This document shows positions 1-11,389 of a stretch of 64,000 nucleotides of DNA, one piece after another. A model generated the notes under the pieces. It was not told where the DNA came from, did no database searches, and saw only the letters and a program-made list of their open reading frames with translations. This DNA comes from Macrostomum hystrix (taxonomy: Eukaryota; Animalia; Platyhelminthes), in NCBI GenBank assembly GCA_950097015.1, contig CATNEN010000007.1, positions 8,804,001 to 8,868,000 on the forward strand, in the 5' to 3' direction. Each line of letters starts with the position of its first letter. The stretch's first letter is position 1. The translations under genes and the position numbers were made by a program.

Positions 1-122
1 TAGTACAAACAACACCAATGCATGCCAAATAGTACAAACAACACTAATGCATGCCAAATAGTACAAACAACACTAGGCCTAATGCATGCTAAATAGTACA
101 AACAACACCAATGCATGCCAAA
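1..122. repeat. ~29-bp tandem repeat (TAGTACAAACAACACCAATGCATGCCAAA)
   Basis: About four imperfect copies at the window start. Confidence 0.85.
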
Positions 123-859
123 AGTTTTGGGCATATACTATATAATCCAGACAAGATTCATTATTACAATTTTATAGCTATGCAAGCTATTATTTATGAT
201 TACAGCATCTTCAATGATGGTGTAAAAAGTCTTACTGTATTACTTAATTTTTTATCTATCAAATGAGTAAATCATAAATGAATACTTTCACTTAAATCTA
301 ATGAAACTTTGTAAAACCAAAAAGTTCCAGAAAGTTTGTTTCTTTATATTTAGCTACATTTGTCAAACTACATTGTAGAAGCCTAGAATTCCATATTGTA
401 TTTTTTTATTCTAACTATGCTCATCTTAAAAAATAAACCTGATACACATATTTATACCTTAACTATGCCAATATCATTTAGGCATCCAAACAATGGGCAT
501 TTTTTGAATAATCTTAAATTAACATTAACTAGGCTATGTAAATGCACATGTTTTAATGTGTATGGGTGGAGTGCCCTAAGAGTTAAAGCTCATATTGATG
601 ATAGAAATGGGTTAGGTGGAACTAAAATATATTGTGTTGAAAATTTTTGGTCCTTAGTCCTTTGCAAATCCTCTGTTGATCCATAGGCAAATAAAAAAAA
701 ATTGAAATATATAAAGCATGCCATCCCTAGTACGCTCTTAAAGTTAATTGAATATTATGTTTTAGAAACTAAAATTAGTTTGAACATTATTGTTTGAACT
801 GCTACGACTTGATAATTGCAGGAGGGCTATGGGAAATAGCATAAAATTGGTGACACTAG

Positions 860-1175
860 ACCTGCAGCTGCCCACGAAGGTTGCTTGTGCAGAGGCAATT
901 CTGCCAATTTCGCTGACTCCTGAGCACACACGCACAGATACTGTACATAGGCACACACTCACACAGGTATGAACATCTGCCCTGACTTTCTCATTGTCAG
1001 GCAGAATACACTTCACAGTGCCTTGGAGGTTGGCCCTCAAAAACATAAAGTGCACAACAAGCCCTTCAGCCTTCTCTCTGCGGCTGCGCCCCAAATGAAT
1101 GTGGCCTCACCACGGAATCAAGCACAGGGACCTTAGTGCAAGAGGCAAACACGTTAAGGGCTCTTCCACTCCCTG
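860..1175 (-). mobile_element. SINE family A copy (degenerate)
   Basis: Shares CTGACTCCTGA..CACAC..ATACTGTA..ACATCTGCCCTGACTTTCTCAT..GAATGTGGCC..GCA(C)AGGGACCTT with the copies at 8570-9255 and 13355-13603. Confidence 0.65.
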
Positions 1176-1554
1176 CTAGGTCTTGATTTCCACAAGGTAA
1201 ATTATTACCTAGCTATTAATCAAATTAAAAGGAGCAGTAAAAAATAAAGAACTAAACCAGTGCCCAAAAAACGCAATTATCAGTCCTAAACCCGAATCTT
1301 GACAATGCGTATTCATAAGCATCATGTCAAACTCCAATTTTCTTACACACTTTCTTTCTAGCAGACAGGTACCGAAATGTATGGAATCCCTAGCAGATTC
1401 GTTCCATACTCGTCTATCTACTCAGAGTAGACACATTCTCATTAAAAAGTATGATATTAGTTTTTCAGGTAAATCTCCTGATTCAGGGAGGTCCTTTTAT
1501 GGAATAAAATGCACGAAACAATTTCCTCATCGACCCCGCCCATCACTCTCTCAG

Positions 1555-3303
1555 ATCGACAGCCGAGGCGAATCCATCGAGAAGAAGATCGCCCGGCTGG
1601 ACAAGGAGCTGGCCGTCTATCGCGATCAGATGGCGAAAATGCGCGACGGCCCGTCCAAAAACCAGATCAAACAGAAGGCCTTGCGGGTGCTCAAACAGAA
1701 GAGAAGCTACGAAATGCAACGGGAGCAGCTCATGCAGCAGAGCTTCAACATGGAGCAGACCAACTTTGCCATCCAGACTCTCAAGGACACGAAGACTTCG
1801 GTTGAGGCCATGAGAGGCGGCGTCAAGGAGTTCAAGAAGAGCTATCGCACCGTCAACCTGGACAAGATTGAGGATCTGCAGGTGACAGAAATTCGGGATC
1901 CTCAGTTTCTTAGCTGTGGGATTCGGGATCCTCAGTTTCTTAGCTGTGGGATTCGGGATCCTCAGTTTCTTAGCTGTGGGATTTGGGATCCTCAGTTTCT
2001 TAGCTGTGGGATTTGGGATCCTCAGTTTCTTAGCTGTGGGATTTGGGATCCTCAGTTTCTTAGCTGTGGGATTTGGGATCCTCAGTTTCTTAGCTGTGGG
2101 ATTTGGGATCCTCAGTTTCTTAGCTGTGAGATTTGGGATCCTCAGTTTCTTAGCTGTGCGATTTGGGATCCTTAGTTTCTTAGCTGTGAGATTTTGGGAT
2201 CCTTAGTTTCTTAGCTGTGAGATTTTGGATCCTCGGTTTCTTAGTTGTAGGATTTGGGATCCTCAGTTTCTTAGTTGTGGGATTTGGGATCCTCAGTTTT
2301 ATAGCTGTGAGATTTGGGATCCTTAGTTTCTTAGCTGTGGGATTTGGGATCCTCAGTTTCTTAGCTGGGGGTTGCAGATCCCAGTCTCAAATATTAGACA
2401 AACATCTCTAGGTGCTTCAAAAGCATTTCCAACTGATTAAAACATTCCACCTTCGCTAGGACGACCTTCAGGATTTTGTCGAGCAGTCGAACGAGATAAA
2501 CGAGATCATGGGCCGCAGCTACGGCATGCCAGACGTTGACGAGTCTGATCTCCAGGCCGAGCTGGATGCTCTGGGCTCCGAGGAAATCGGCGACAAATCG
2601 TACCTGGACGAGGCGCTCAACGCGCCGGGCGTGCCCAGCCGCGTGCCCGGCGTGGACAGCGCGCCTGGATCACAGCCAGTGAGTCCTGAAACTGCTGAAT
2701 TCACTCACCTGCCTACTTGAACTGCTCACCCACCTGCCCTGCACACCCACCTGACATACTCGCCAATCTGCTCTACTCACCCATGACCTACTATTCACCA
2801 TGACCAACTCACCCATGACCTACTCACCCATGACCTACTCACCCATGACCTACTCACCTATGACCTACTCACCCATGACCTACTTACCCATGACCTACTC
2901 TCCTATGACCTACTCACCCATGACCTACTCACCCATGACCTACTCACCCATGACCTACTCACCCATGACCTACTCACCCATGACCTACTCACCTATGACC
3001 TACTCACCCATGACCTACTTACCCATGACCTACTCTCCTATGACCTACTCACCCATGACCTACTCACCCATGACCTACTCACCCATGACCTACTCACCCA
3101 CGACCTACTCATCCACCATTCATGTTCATCCACCTGCCCCAATCTACTCACCCACCTGCCCTGTTCACCTACATTACCTACTAACCCTCCTGTCCTTCTA
3201 AATGCCAGCATTATCACCTGTGACTTCTCCCCTCTCATTGCAGTCCTCAGAAACGCAGTTAGACGAATTCGGCCTCCCCAAGGTGCCCGCCAGAGCTAAG
3301 TGA
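1555..3303 (+). CDS. CHMP5: Charged multivesicular body protein 5 (ESCRT-III, Snf7 family), last three exons; first exon not found in the window
   Basis: Exons 1555-1881, 2460-2678 and 3244-3303 have GT/AG boundaries and join in frame: [19 protein letters not shown]...[15 protein letters not shown]...[11 protein letters not shown]...DKIEDLQ|[39 protein letters not shown]...|[25 protein letters not shown] follows at about 3491. Confidence 0.93.
1890..2370. repeat. 30-bp intronic minisatellite (GGGATTTGGGATCCTCAGTTTCTTAGCTGT)
   Basis: About 16 tandem copies starting 8 nt after the CHMP5 donor site. Confidence 0.95.
2773..3112. repeat. 15-bp intronic minisatellite (CCTACTCACCCATGA)
   Basis: More than 20 tandem copies in the last CHMP5 intron. 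Confidence 0.95.
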
Positions 3304-3663
3304 TGCAAGCGCGGTCTAGCAGGGTGCTGAAGTCCTAAAGAGAAAATGACATTCTCTATTTTCATTTTAGACTCGCGCTTCAGAGACAGATGCCTTTAAT
3401 TTATTCAGTTGAATTTTCGCTTTCTGCTTATTTTTTAATAGCAAACTTTTTTGCTGAAATCCAGCGCGCTTGCATTTATATTGATTTTTAAATAAACTTT
3501 CAGTGACTGGCGCGACCAGTATTCTGTCTTACTCATTGTTGCCTAATCATTTAATACAATTCACGCAGCTGAATCTTTCGGAAGTCTCGAGTTCGAAACC
3601 CTTGAAAAAATACAGAAGCTGTTTGACTTCTTAGCTAGTTCGTCCGCTTTTATCATTTTGCAG

Positions 3664-4929
3664 CAGCAGCAGCAGCAGCAGCCTGAGCGGCATCCGGTGG
3701 AGCCGCAAGTAAAGCGGCCTCCGCTGCCGGCCCTGCCACTGCGTCACTGCGCAACCTGCGGCGGGGACTGCGCAGTCGGCGCGCTGCTCCAGTGCGACGT
3801 TTGCCCAGCGGCCCTACACCTGGCCTGCCTCGGCCTCGACCGACCACCTCCGTCCGGTGTCGAGTTTCTCTGTCCGGCGCATTCGGCAAGCACCACCGAA
3901 GACGCGGCGCCGCAGTCCGCCTCCGGTCTGAGCAGTGCAGCGGCCTCGCACAGAAAGAAGAAGAGGGACCAGCGTCATCGACGCCGTCGCGTTGTGCTGC
4001 GATGCGAGCTGGCGCTGGCATTGGAGAAGGCAGCCGCCGCGCCGCTAGACGAAGCGCCGCCGCCGGGCGCCGGTGCCGCTGCCGCCGCTGTTGCCAGAGC
4101 TGCCGGCATCGACGGCTTCCTGCCAGTCTGGCGTTGGGGCCGACCGGACCCGACAGGCGACACAGCCAAGGTGCAGCCGCCCGTCCCGCAGTGCGTCAAG
4201 GACCTGTACAGCGGCAGAGTGCCGCTGAGGCGACAGAACCAGGAATTGTCGCCGTCATCGTCAAGCGATCGAGAAGCCACTCCTCCTCCACTGCAGACGT
4301 TGCTGCCGTCATCAATGGACTTGGCCCCCGACGTCTCTGAGGCGCCCCCGCTGGCCATCTTGCACTGCGCTGCTCCGGCTAACGGCGGCCCGCCCATCGC
4401 CCTGACTCGCACCGGTGCCACCGTCGGCCTTCTGAGTAGCAACGACATCGCTCTGGCCGACCAGTGGGCGGCTGACTGCGTGTTCGCTGCCGCCTCCTGC
4501 CACGCCACAATTCACTATGACCCAGCTGGCCGAGTGTTCGAGCTCATCAACTACAGCCAGCACGGCACGGTGGTCGACGGCGTCCTCTTCGCTCCGGCCG
4601 TAAGGCGCTCTGGTGGCGTTGGTGGGTCTGTTGGCTCAAAGGATGCTCTGAAAGCATCCGGTGTAGGAAAGTCGTCAAGTGGACGACGTGTCGGTGGCGG
4701 AGTGTCGACGCAGCGTCAGTCGGCGTCGGCATCTGCTGTAGCGGCGGCTGCTGCGGCAACGGCGGTCAGCCGGCGGTCCCAGCCGCCGGGTGTCGGTTGC
4801 CGCTGCGCCTGCTCTCCGGTGGCTCTGTTCGACAGCGGGAGCGGCGGCTCCGAGGAAGGCGCGGTGCTGCGGCACGGGTCCATCATCCAGATCGGCTGTG
4901 TCCTGTTGGTCTTTGTTTTGCCCCCGTGA
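3664..4929 (+). CDS. PHD-finger + FHA-domain protein, PHF12-like; no in-frame ATG before the PHD finger
   Basis: PHD finger CATC...LLQCDVCPAALHLACL...FLCPAH; VPQCVKDLY; FHA-like ASCHATIHYD...FELINYSQHGTVVDGVLF...AVLRHGSIIQIGCVLLVF. Preceded by the acceptor-like TTTTATCATTTTGCAG. Confidence 0.8.
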   Translation, partial: QQQQQQPERHPVEPQVKRPPLPALPLRHCATCGGDCAVGALLQCDVCPAALHLACLGLDRPPPSGVEFLCPAHSASTTEDAAPQSASGLSSAAASHRKKKRDQRHRRRRVVLRCELALALEKAAAAPLDEAPPPGAGAAAAAVARAAGIDGFLPVWRWGRPDPTGDTAKVQPPVPQCVKDLYSGRVPLRRQNQELSPSSSSDREATPPPLQTLLPSSMDLAPDVSEAPPLAILHCAAPANGGPPIALTRTGATVGLLSSNDIALADQWAADCVFAAASCHATIHYDPAGRVFELINYSQHGTVVDGVLFAPAVRRSGGVGGSVGSKDALKASGVGKSSSGRRVGGGVSTQRQSASASAVAAAAAATAVSRRSQPPGVGCRCACSPVALFDSGSGGSEEGAVLRHGSIIQIGCVLLVFVLPP

Positions 4930-5834
4930 GCTGGATGCTGGGCTTGGATTGACGCCCACCAGTTGCTTTGCTGTCCTAGCAACTGTTCCGCTTGTTTGTT
5001 ATAATAGGCAGCCGGTGTTTTCTGTTTTCATTTTTTAACAATGCAAATTGCAGCTATTTTGTTTTTATTGTTGTCTTTTTAAATTATCTCACTAGCAATT
5101 GTTTTGCTTACAATCTTGGCGTGCCAGTTGTACAACTGTAATTTTGAAACATTATGTATCTGTAAATACGCTGCAACCTATGTAGTCTTATGGCAGTCTG
5201 CTGTAGCCAATTAAATATATTTAACAGTGATGGACAGTCACAATTCCGTGCGATGTAAAATTCAGCAATACATTGTTTAAAAAGCCTTACTATTTTTACT
5301 GCTTTGAGAGAATCTGCGTGAAGTACGATTCAGTGTGTAGAATTGCTCGATTTTGCTTGAAATGTTGCTGAGTTAATCAACGGGAATTTCCATAGCAGCT
5401 TTGCATCAAGTTGAAGTGACTTATTGTAAGAGTACTTCAAGCGAGTCAAGGCAGCCATGATTGCAAATGGGACGCAGCACATTCAACCTAGCTTCTTAGA
5501 TTAGCTTGAGGCCATTAGTGGATAAGGATGTTGCTGAATAACTCGTGAGAGACGGATCGTAAAAAATAGATCACTTCCAGGAAATGTCAGCTAGGCTATA
5601 GAAGCCAAAAATTTACTCTGCCTAAAGCGGGAAAAAGCATCGCATATCTCCGGGACAACGACTTGGAGAGAAAAAGGAACTCACGTCGCAGGCCTAGAAA
5701 TCGCGTGCAATCTACAAGTTTGGGACTAGCCAATAAAAAATCGCCATTAGCTAGTCCGACTAGGACGAGCGCAGCCAGTCTTAGCAATAAAATTAAGTCT
5801 TATACGATAGAGAAGATATCACAAAAGAAAAGCC

Positions 5835-6605
5835 ATGCGCTGCACTGCGATTCTGCTCGCCGTAGCGGCCTCAGCGCTGGTTGCTCCGGCTGCTGCCCAA
5901 TGCAACACTCGGTTTACCCTCGTCAACGGCTCGCTGTGCATCACCAGCCCATTCAGCCTGACATTCAACAGCGTGACATCGCAGCAGCAGTGCGCCATCA
6001 TGTGCGGACTGAGGCCGCAGTGCCAGGCCTTCAGCCTGTCCGACGGTCCTTGCCAGCTGTTCGTGTTCAACAAGTGCAGCAAGTCTGTGAGGGACTGCGG
6101 CTGTACCAGACGAGGCCGGGTGTTCGTGAGGCAGCGGCCGGGACTGTCGCCGGGTCTGCTGTGTCCGGTGGGATACGGAGATGACTGGTGCGGAGTGAAG
6201 TACAGGGTCTTCAGCACGACTGACAGCTCGTGGATCACGAGTCGACAGAAGTGCGACAACGAGAGCGGTCTGGTGATCATGGCGGACGTGACGAGCTCGA
6301 CCGAGATGAACCACGTGGAGTCGATTTGGTCACTGAGAGCCAGCGGCAGCTCCATGTGGCTGGGAGGCTTCCAGGCTCCCGGAAGCAGCTCTCCCTCTGT
6401 CGGCTGGTACTGGGTGGGCTGCAACATCCCCGTGAACAGTAGCTTCTGGGCGAGCAGTGAGCCGAACGACGGCGGTGACAACATCGAGAATTCGGCGGAA
6501 AATGTGCTTGGTCGCTACTCTGGTTTTCCTAAATTTGCGGACATGCCGACAGTTTTTGCTAGTGCGTCCAAGCTGCTGTGCGAGTGCGTGTCTCCTTTTA
6601 ACTAA
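5835..6605 (+). CDS. Secreted PAN/apple-like + C-type lectin domain protein, copy 1
   Basis: Signal peptide; CAIMC..RPQCQAFS..GPCQL (PAN-like); SRQKC, MWLGG, WYW, EPND, LLCE (CTLD). Intronless, 256 aa. Confidence 0.85.
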   Translation: MRCTAILLAVAASALVAPAAAQCNTRFTLVNGSLCITSPFSLTFNSVTSQQQCAIMCGLRPQCQAFSLSDGPCQLFVFNKCSKSVRDCGCTRRGRVFVRQRPGLSPGLLCPVGYGDDWCGVKYRVFSTTDSSWITSRQKCDNESGLVIMADVTSSTEMNHVESIWSLRASGSSMWLGGFQAPGSSSPSVGWYWVGCNIPVNSSFWASSEPNDGGDNIENSAENVLGRYSGFPKFADMPTVFASASKLLCECVSPFN

Positions 6606-7699
6606 GGCGGCTTGAGTCTTTGTTAATTTGCTGAAGCTGTCAACAATCTGATGTAACACCAAAACAGATGCGAACATGCAAGAACAAAAACTGCCTGAAG
6701 TACATTTCACAACAATATAACTCTCGGATCGTCTTTGCATGCCTTTACACCTCTTTGCGGGATGAAAATGCCTGTCAGCTGTCCCCACAATCGAAACTGA
6801 TCTTTCTCTCAGTCTCTAGGTCCGTTCCGCTTGTGGATAAATGGACCAAGTCTCGGCAAGCCACAAACTTTTCAGAACAGTCAGCATAATTCGATGCGGT
6901 AGTCATTTCAGTTCAGTCAATTTTTAATCCTCTGAATGCTCAGTTTCTTCTTTGGATCTCCTTGGATCTTTGGATTTGGTTCTTCTTTGCCACTTGGGAG
7001 CAAGGCTATTGCTTGAGAGCAATGGGATTAAACTGCACCACTGTCTGTTACTTTTACAACCGCACACTTGAGATTGTTATAAGCCGCGTTTCGTATTACC
7101 TAAACAATGACACGAAAGGCGGAAAGAGCGATGTTCAGAGAGATTTCAGAAAGTGTGCCACGAGATTTCGCTAAATATTTTTTTTTCTACGGGCTTCACA
7201 AAATATCGAGGCAAATTATAGGATTGCTTTGCTTCATATAGGCTTGCATGCATTCATCCATTTTTAACGTAATTCAGTCAGGCTTAGCAAAAGTATGTTT
7301 TGCGTACATTTGTCTAACGCAAAACTGCTTCCAATCTTTAGCATATAGCAATACATTTTCCTGCTGGAAGTTAACATCCCATCTGAGAAGTTAAGAGAGA
7401 TATTCGGGGAATTACTAACCCTGATGTGTGGACGGCTCAAAATTTCGTGAGGAGCTAGAGCGCGCGTCCTTTGTATGCCAATGAGGGATGCAATGGGAGT
7501 TTTCTCATAGTTTGAGACATGTTTCTAAGGCCGACACCAGTGTTAGAGAAGCAACTCTGAAGTATATGGAGCTGCAGGATGTAAACAGCAACTGATTCGC
7601 AATAACTGTGCTTGTTTGGGACAAGACACATCGGGCCAGAACCTCTCACCTTCCCGCAGCGTACGCCAGCAATTGAGTAGCCCTGAGCAACAAATGCCA

Positions 7700-7850
7700 G
7701 GCCTGCAGGTGCAGATGCGACCCAAATTAGGCCTCTGAACTCAGAATCCTCCGAGGGGGAGCCGGACCACTGTTCAAACATATCCTCCAGTTTCTGACTG
7801 TTGTCTAGCCCGTGTTCAACATTCAACATTTTTTAACATTCAGACTCGTA
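7700..7850. repeat. Interspersed repeat of unknown class (also 12484-12634 and about 17190-17365)
   Basis: CAGGTGCAGATGCGACCCAAATTAGGCCTC(T/C)GAACTCAGAATCC...GAGCCGGAC(C/T)ACTGTTCAAACA also occurs outside the tandem duplication, at 17190. Confidence 0.6.
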
Positions 7851-8131
7851 AGTGGTTATTTGCTGAGGCGAACCTGACAAAATAGCAGCTTAAAACTTTC
7901 AAGACCGTTTCTTTTCAGCAGATGTGACTGCAATTATGATGATGTGAAATATTTTCGTTATTATATCATTGAGGCTGCAGCATCTCGAAATGAAGCACCT
8001 GTTTCACCTCGTCTAGTGTCTACATGTCAACTGTGTCTATGTGTCTGTTGCAGTCAAGAGAAAGCTTTTAGTTCCTGAGCTTTTTTTGCTACAAAACTCC
8101 TGAATGCTCTAGACAGAATATAAGCTAGCGA

Positions 8132-8345
8132 CAGCTCCATCTGGCTGGGAAGTCCGGAAGCAGCTCTCCTTCTGTCGGCTGGTACTGGGTGGGCTGCAAC
8201 ATCCCGGTGAACAAAAGTAGCTTTTGGGTCGTTTATGAGCGGATGATGGTCATTCGGGTGGGATCGAAAACTCTGACGAGGATGTACTCGGTCGATATTT
8301 GCAATTTATCAAGCTCACAGACCTGACAGCCATTTTTTGCTAAAA
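8132..8345 (+). pseudogene. C-type lectin 3' fragment (frameshifted), variant ligand-binding region
   Basis: Translates SSIWLG../GSSSPSVGWYWVGCNIPVN/SSFWVVYE/DDGHSGGIENSDEDVLGRYLQFIKLTDLTAIF with indels; no 5' part. Confidence 0.8.
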
Positions 8346-8569
8346 CTGCTCGACGGCATCCGAGTTTTTGTTTCGATGAGACACTGAAAGAAATACGGGC
8401 CATGATAAACCAAAATAACTTTTTTATCAGTAAAGATGCTTAATCATATTTTTCTTTAAAGCGTTTCGTAAATGTTGGGCTGAGTAGTGAGTACAGAAGA
8501 ATATATAGTAGTAATTTTTGCAGGAGGATTGCACTAGTACATCATTTTGCGATTCAAGAATGACAGCCA

Positions 8570-9255
8570 GCTAAAGGCAATCTCTGCCCATTTCACTGAC
8601 TCCTGAACACACACGCACACAAATACTGTAGGCAGGCACACATGCACACAAATACTGTAGGCAGGCACACATGCACACAAATACTGTAGGCAGGCACACA
8701 TGCACACAAATACTGTAGGCAGGCACACACGCACACAAATACTGTAGGCAGGCACACACGCACACAAATACTGTAGGCAGGCACACATGCACACAAATAC
8801 TGTAGGCAGGCACACACGCACACAAATACTGTAGGCAGGCACACATGCACACAAATACTGTAGGCAGGCACACACGCACACAAATACTGTAGGCAGGCAC
8901 ACATGCACACAAATACTGTAGGCAGGCACACACGCACACAAATACTGTAGGCAGGCACACATGCACACAAATACTGTAGGCAGGCACACATGCACACAAA
9001 TACTGTAGGCAGGCACACATGCACACAAATACTGTAGGCAGGCACACATGCACACAAATACTGTAGGCAGGCACACATGCACACGGGTGTGTACATCTGC
9101 CCTGACTTTCTCATCGTCAAGGAGATTGACTCTCATATGCGTGAATTGCACGACAAGCCCCCAAGCCCCAAAAGAATGTGGCCTGTGGAATCGAGCGCAG
9201 GGACCTTGGCACGAGGCCAACGCCTTAGACCGCTCCGCCACTTACCCCCCCCCCG
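8570..9255 (-). mobile_element. tRNA-derived SINE family A with an internal expanded 29-bp minisatellite
   Basis: Minus-strand head GTGGCGGAGCGGTCTAAGGCG...GCTCGATTCC (A/B boxes); related copies elsewhere in the window. Confidence 0.7.
8612..9083. repeat. 29-bp minisatellite (ACACAAATACTGTAGGCAGGCACACATGC) x~16
   Basis: Tandem copies; only one unit at the paralogous site near 13400. Confidence 0.95.
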
Positions 9256-10618
9256 AGTAAAATTATTGTTTATTTTATATTTTCGATTGTGCATTTTTGG
9301 AGTAGCTTCTTTTTGTTGCGATACACAATTTGCGACGCATTAATTTGTCAAAAGTCAGCAGAGCTTCATTGAGGGTGAATCTGCTTTCTTGCTGGTGGAT
9401 GAAAGGACATCTTAAACTCTTGCCATGTGAAAGAGCTCCCAGCCGGGCTAAGGATTAGCGAAGCAAGACTTCTCAAAGCACATACGGAGTTAGTTAAGAA
9501 GTAGAAAATAACAGCAGGGGGTAAAATCATCGGGTCGGAGCTGTGCACTGACGCTTGCTTCTACGGCAGCAGCCTGGGTGTCGTAGAACGAAGATCGCGT
9601 GGCTTGCTGGTCGTTTGTGGCGGGGTGGAATTTTTGCATTATTTTTTATCACATTTTGAGTTTGTGGCGCACGAACTTGATTCTGTCTGAATTTGCCCTC
9701 GCGCGATACGCCTCGTCTGTCCTGGTCATTTTCCGTGTTTGGTATGCGCGAAATTGCTTCCAGTACGCTCGCATAGCTTCATTTTAGCAATGGAAGTTTT
9801 AACTGCAAGTTTGAATGGAATTTGAAGGAATTCTCGCTGTTGTTTTCTAACTATTGCAAACGCCTGTAGCAAGCGAAGACACCACAAAGATTGGAGAAAT
9901 ATTATACCACACCAGCAATGATATGACGGACTTACAACTAGTTCCGGCCTTCTTTACAAGGAAATTTCTTTATGTCAACAGCTGGTGTACTTCTATTGCC
10001 TGTCTGCAGATCGTGTCCTATCGCTTGCTAAAGAAGTCATGCTTCACAAGTGTGATAAGCATTTGGTTGCTGCTGACTACTGACAGTAGCTGCGACAACA
10101 CAAATCAAGTTTCAAATTTTTTGCAAAAATATTGTGGGCAAGCGCTTGCACCGGCTCGGGAACGAATGCTGAAAAAAACAGGAGCCTGAAGTTCTATTAT
10201 TCATCAATGTGATAAAGACTTACAACAATCAGATGTATTTTACTCGTACGAAAAGCCAATTGTGAAAAGTATTTCCAATTAAAAATTCCGACGCTTGCTA
10301 CGAGAATTTTCTCCCAGTTAGCCGAATTTCATGCGCTCTGAAAATGGTGACCGTATATAGACTAAATTAGCTCGCGAAAGCCTTATCTGGTTAGTAACGT
10401 TTTCATACCTTAGAAGGCCTTAATAGCTGAGCATTGCACAAAACCGGCTGAAAAACGAAACAAAAAATGTTCCAGAATTTTTCTCGCAGCCAATGGAGAA
10501 GCGCCATCGATTCCACGGAAATTATTTTACGACGGGACACTGGAAAGGCAGTTGTCAACAAAGGTCTGCCTCGTCTCTATTAAAATATTTCCTTAGATAG
10601 GACAATGCGACAGAAGCC

Positions 10619-11389
10619 ATGCGCTGCACTGCGATTCTGCTCGCCGTAGCGGCCTCAGCGCTGGTTGCTGCGGCTGCTGCCCAATGCAACACTCGGTTTA
10701 CCCTCGTCAACGGCTCGCTGTGCATCACCAGCCCATTCAGCCTGACATTCAACAGCGTGACATCGCAGCAGCAGTGCGCCATCATGTGCGGACTGAGGCC
10801 GCAGTGCCAGGCCTTCAGCCTGTCCGACGGTCCTTGCCAGCTGTTTGTGTTCAACAAATGCAGCAAGTCTGTGAGGGACTGCGGCTGTACCAGACGAGGC
10901 CGGGTGTTCGTGAGGCAGCAGCCGGGACTGTCACCGGGTCTGCTGTGTCCGGTGGGATACGGAGATGACTGGTGCGGAGTGAAGTACAGGGTCTTCAGCA
11001 CGACTGACAGCTCGTGGATCACGAGTCGACAGAAGTGCGACAACGAGAGCGGTCTGGTGGTCATGGCGGACGTGACGAGCTCGACAGAGATGAACCACGT
11101 GGAGTCGATTTGGTCACTGAGAGCCAGCGGCAGCTCCATGTGGCTGGGAGGCTTCCAGGCTCCCGGAAGCAGCTCTCCCTCTGTCGGCTGGTACTGGGTG
11201 GGCTGCAACATCCCCGTGAACAGTAGCTTCTGGGCGAGCAGTGAGCCGAACGACGGCGGTGACAACATCGAGAATTCGGCGGAAAATGTGCTTGGTCGCT
11301 ACTCTGGTTTTCCTAAATTTGCGGACATGCCGACAGTTTTTGCTGGTGCGTCCAAGCTGCTGTGCGAGTGCGTGTCTCCTTTTAACTAA
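10619..11389 (+). CDS. Secreted PAN + C-type lectin, copy 2
   Basis: 256-aa paralog differing from copy 1 at only four residues. Confidence 0.85.
   Translation: MRCTAILLAVAASALVAAAAAQCNTRFTLVNGSLCITSPFSLTFNSVTSQQQCAIMCGLRPQCQAFSLSDGPCQLFVFNKCSKSVRDCGCTRRGRVFVRQQPGLSPGLLCPVGYGDDWCGVKYRVFSTTDSSWITSRQKCDNESGLVVMADVTSSTEMNHVESIWSLRASGSSMWLGGFQAPGSSSPSVGWYWVGCNIPVNSSFWASSEPNDGGDNIENSAENVLGRYSGFPKFADMPTVFAGASKLLCECVSPFN

Noticed and set aside
1324-1554. N-terminal extension of CHMP5 in the ORF track
   Set aside because: No resemblance to the CHMP5 N-terminus; it is intron sequence ending at the acceptor at 1553-1554.
1890-3112. Regular repeats as CRISPR arrays (also 8612, 20062, 48255, 55085, 58228)
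   Set aside because: Head-to-tail units without unique spacers, no cas genes, eukaryotic context.
5819-6484. Antisense ORFs over the lectins and over TE ORFs
   Set aside because: Shadow frames of GC-rich coding sequence with no recognisable motifs.
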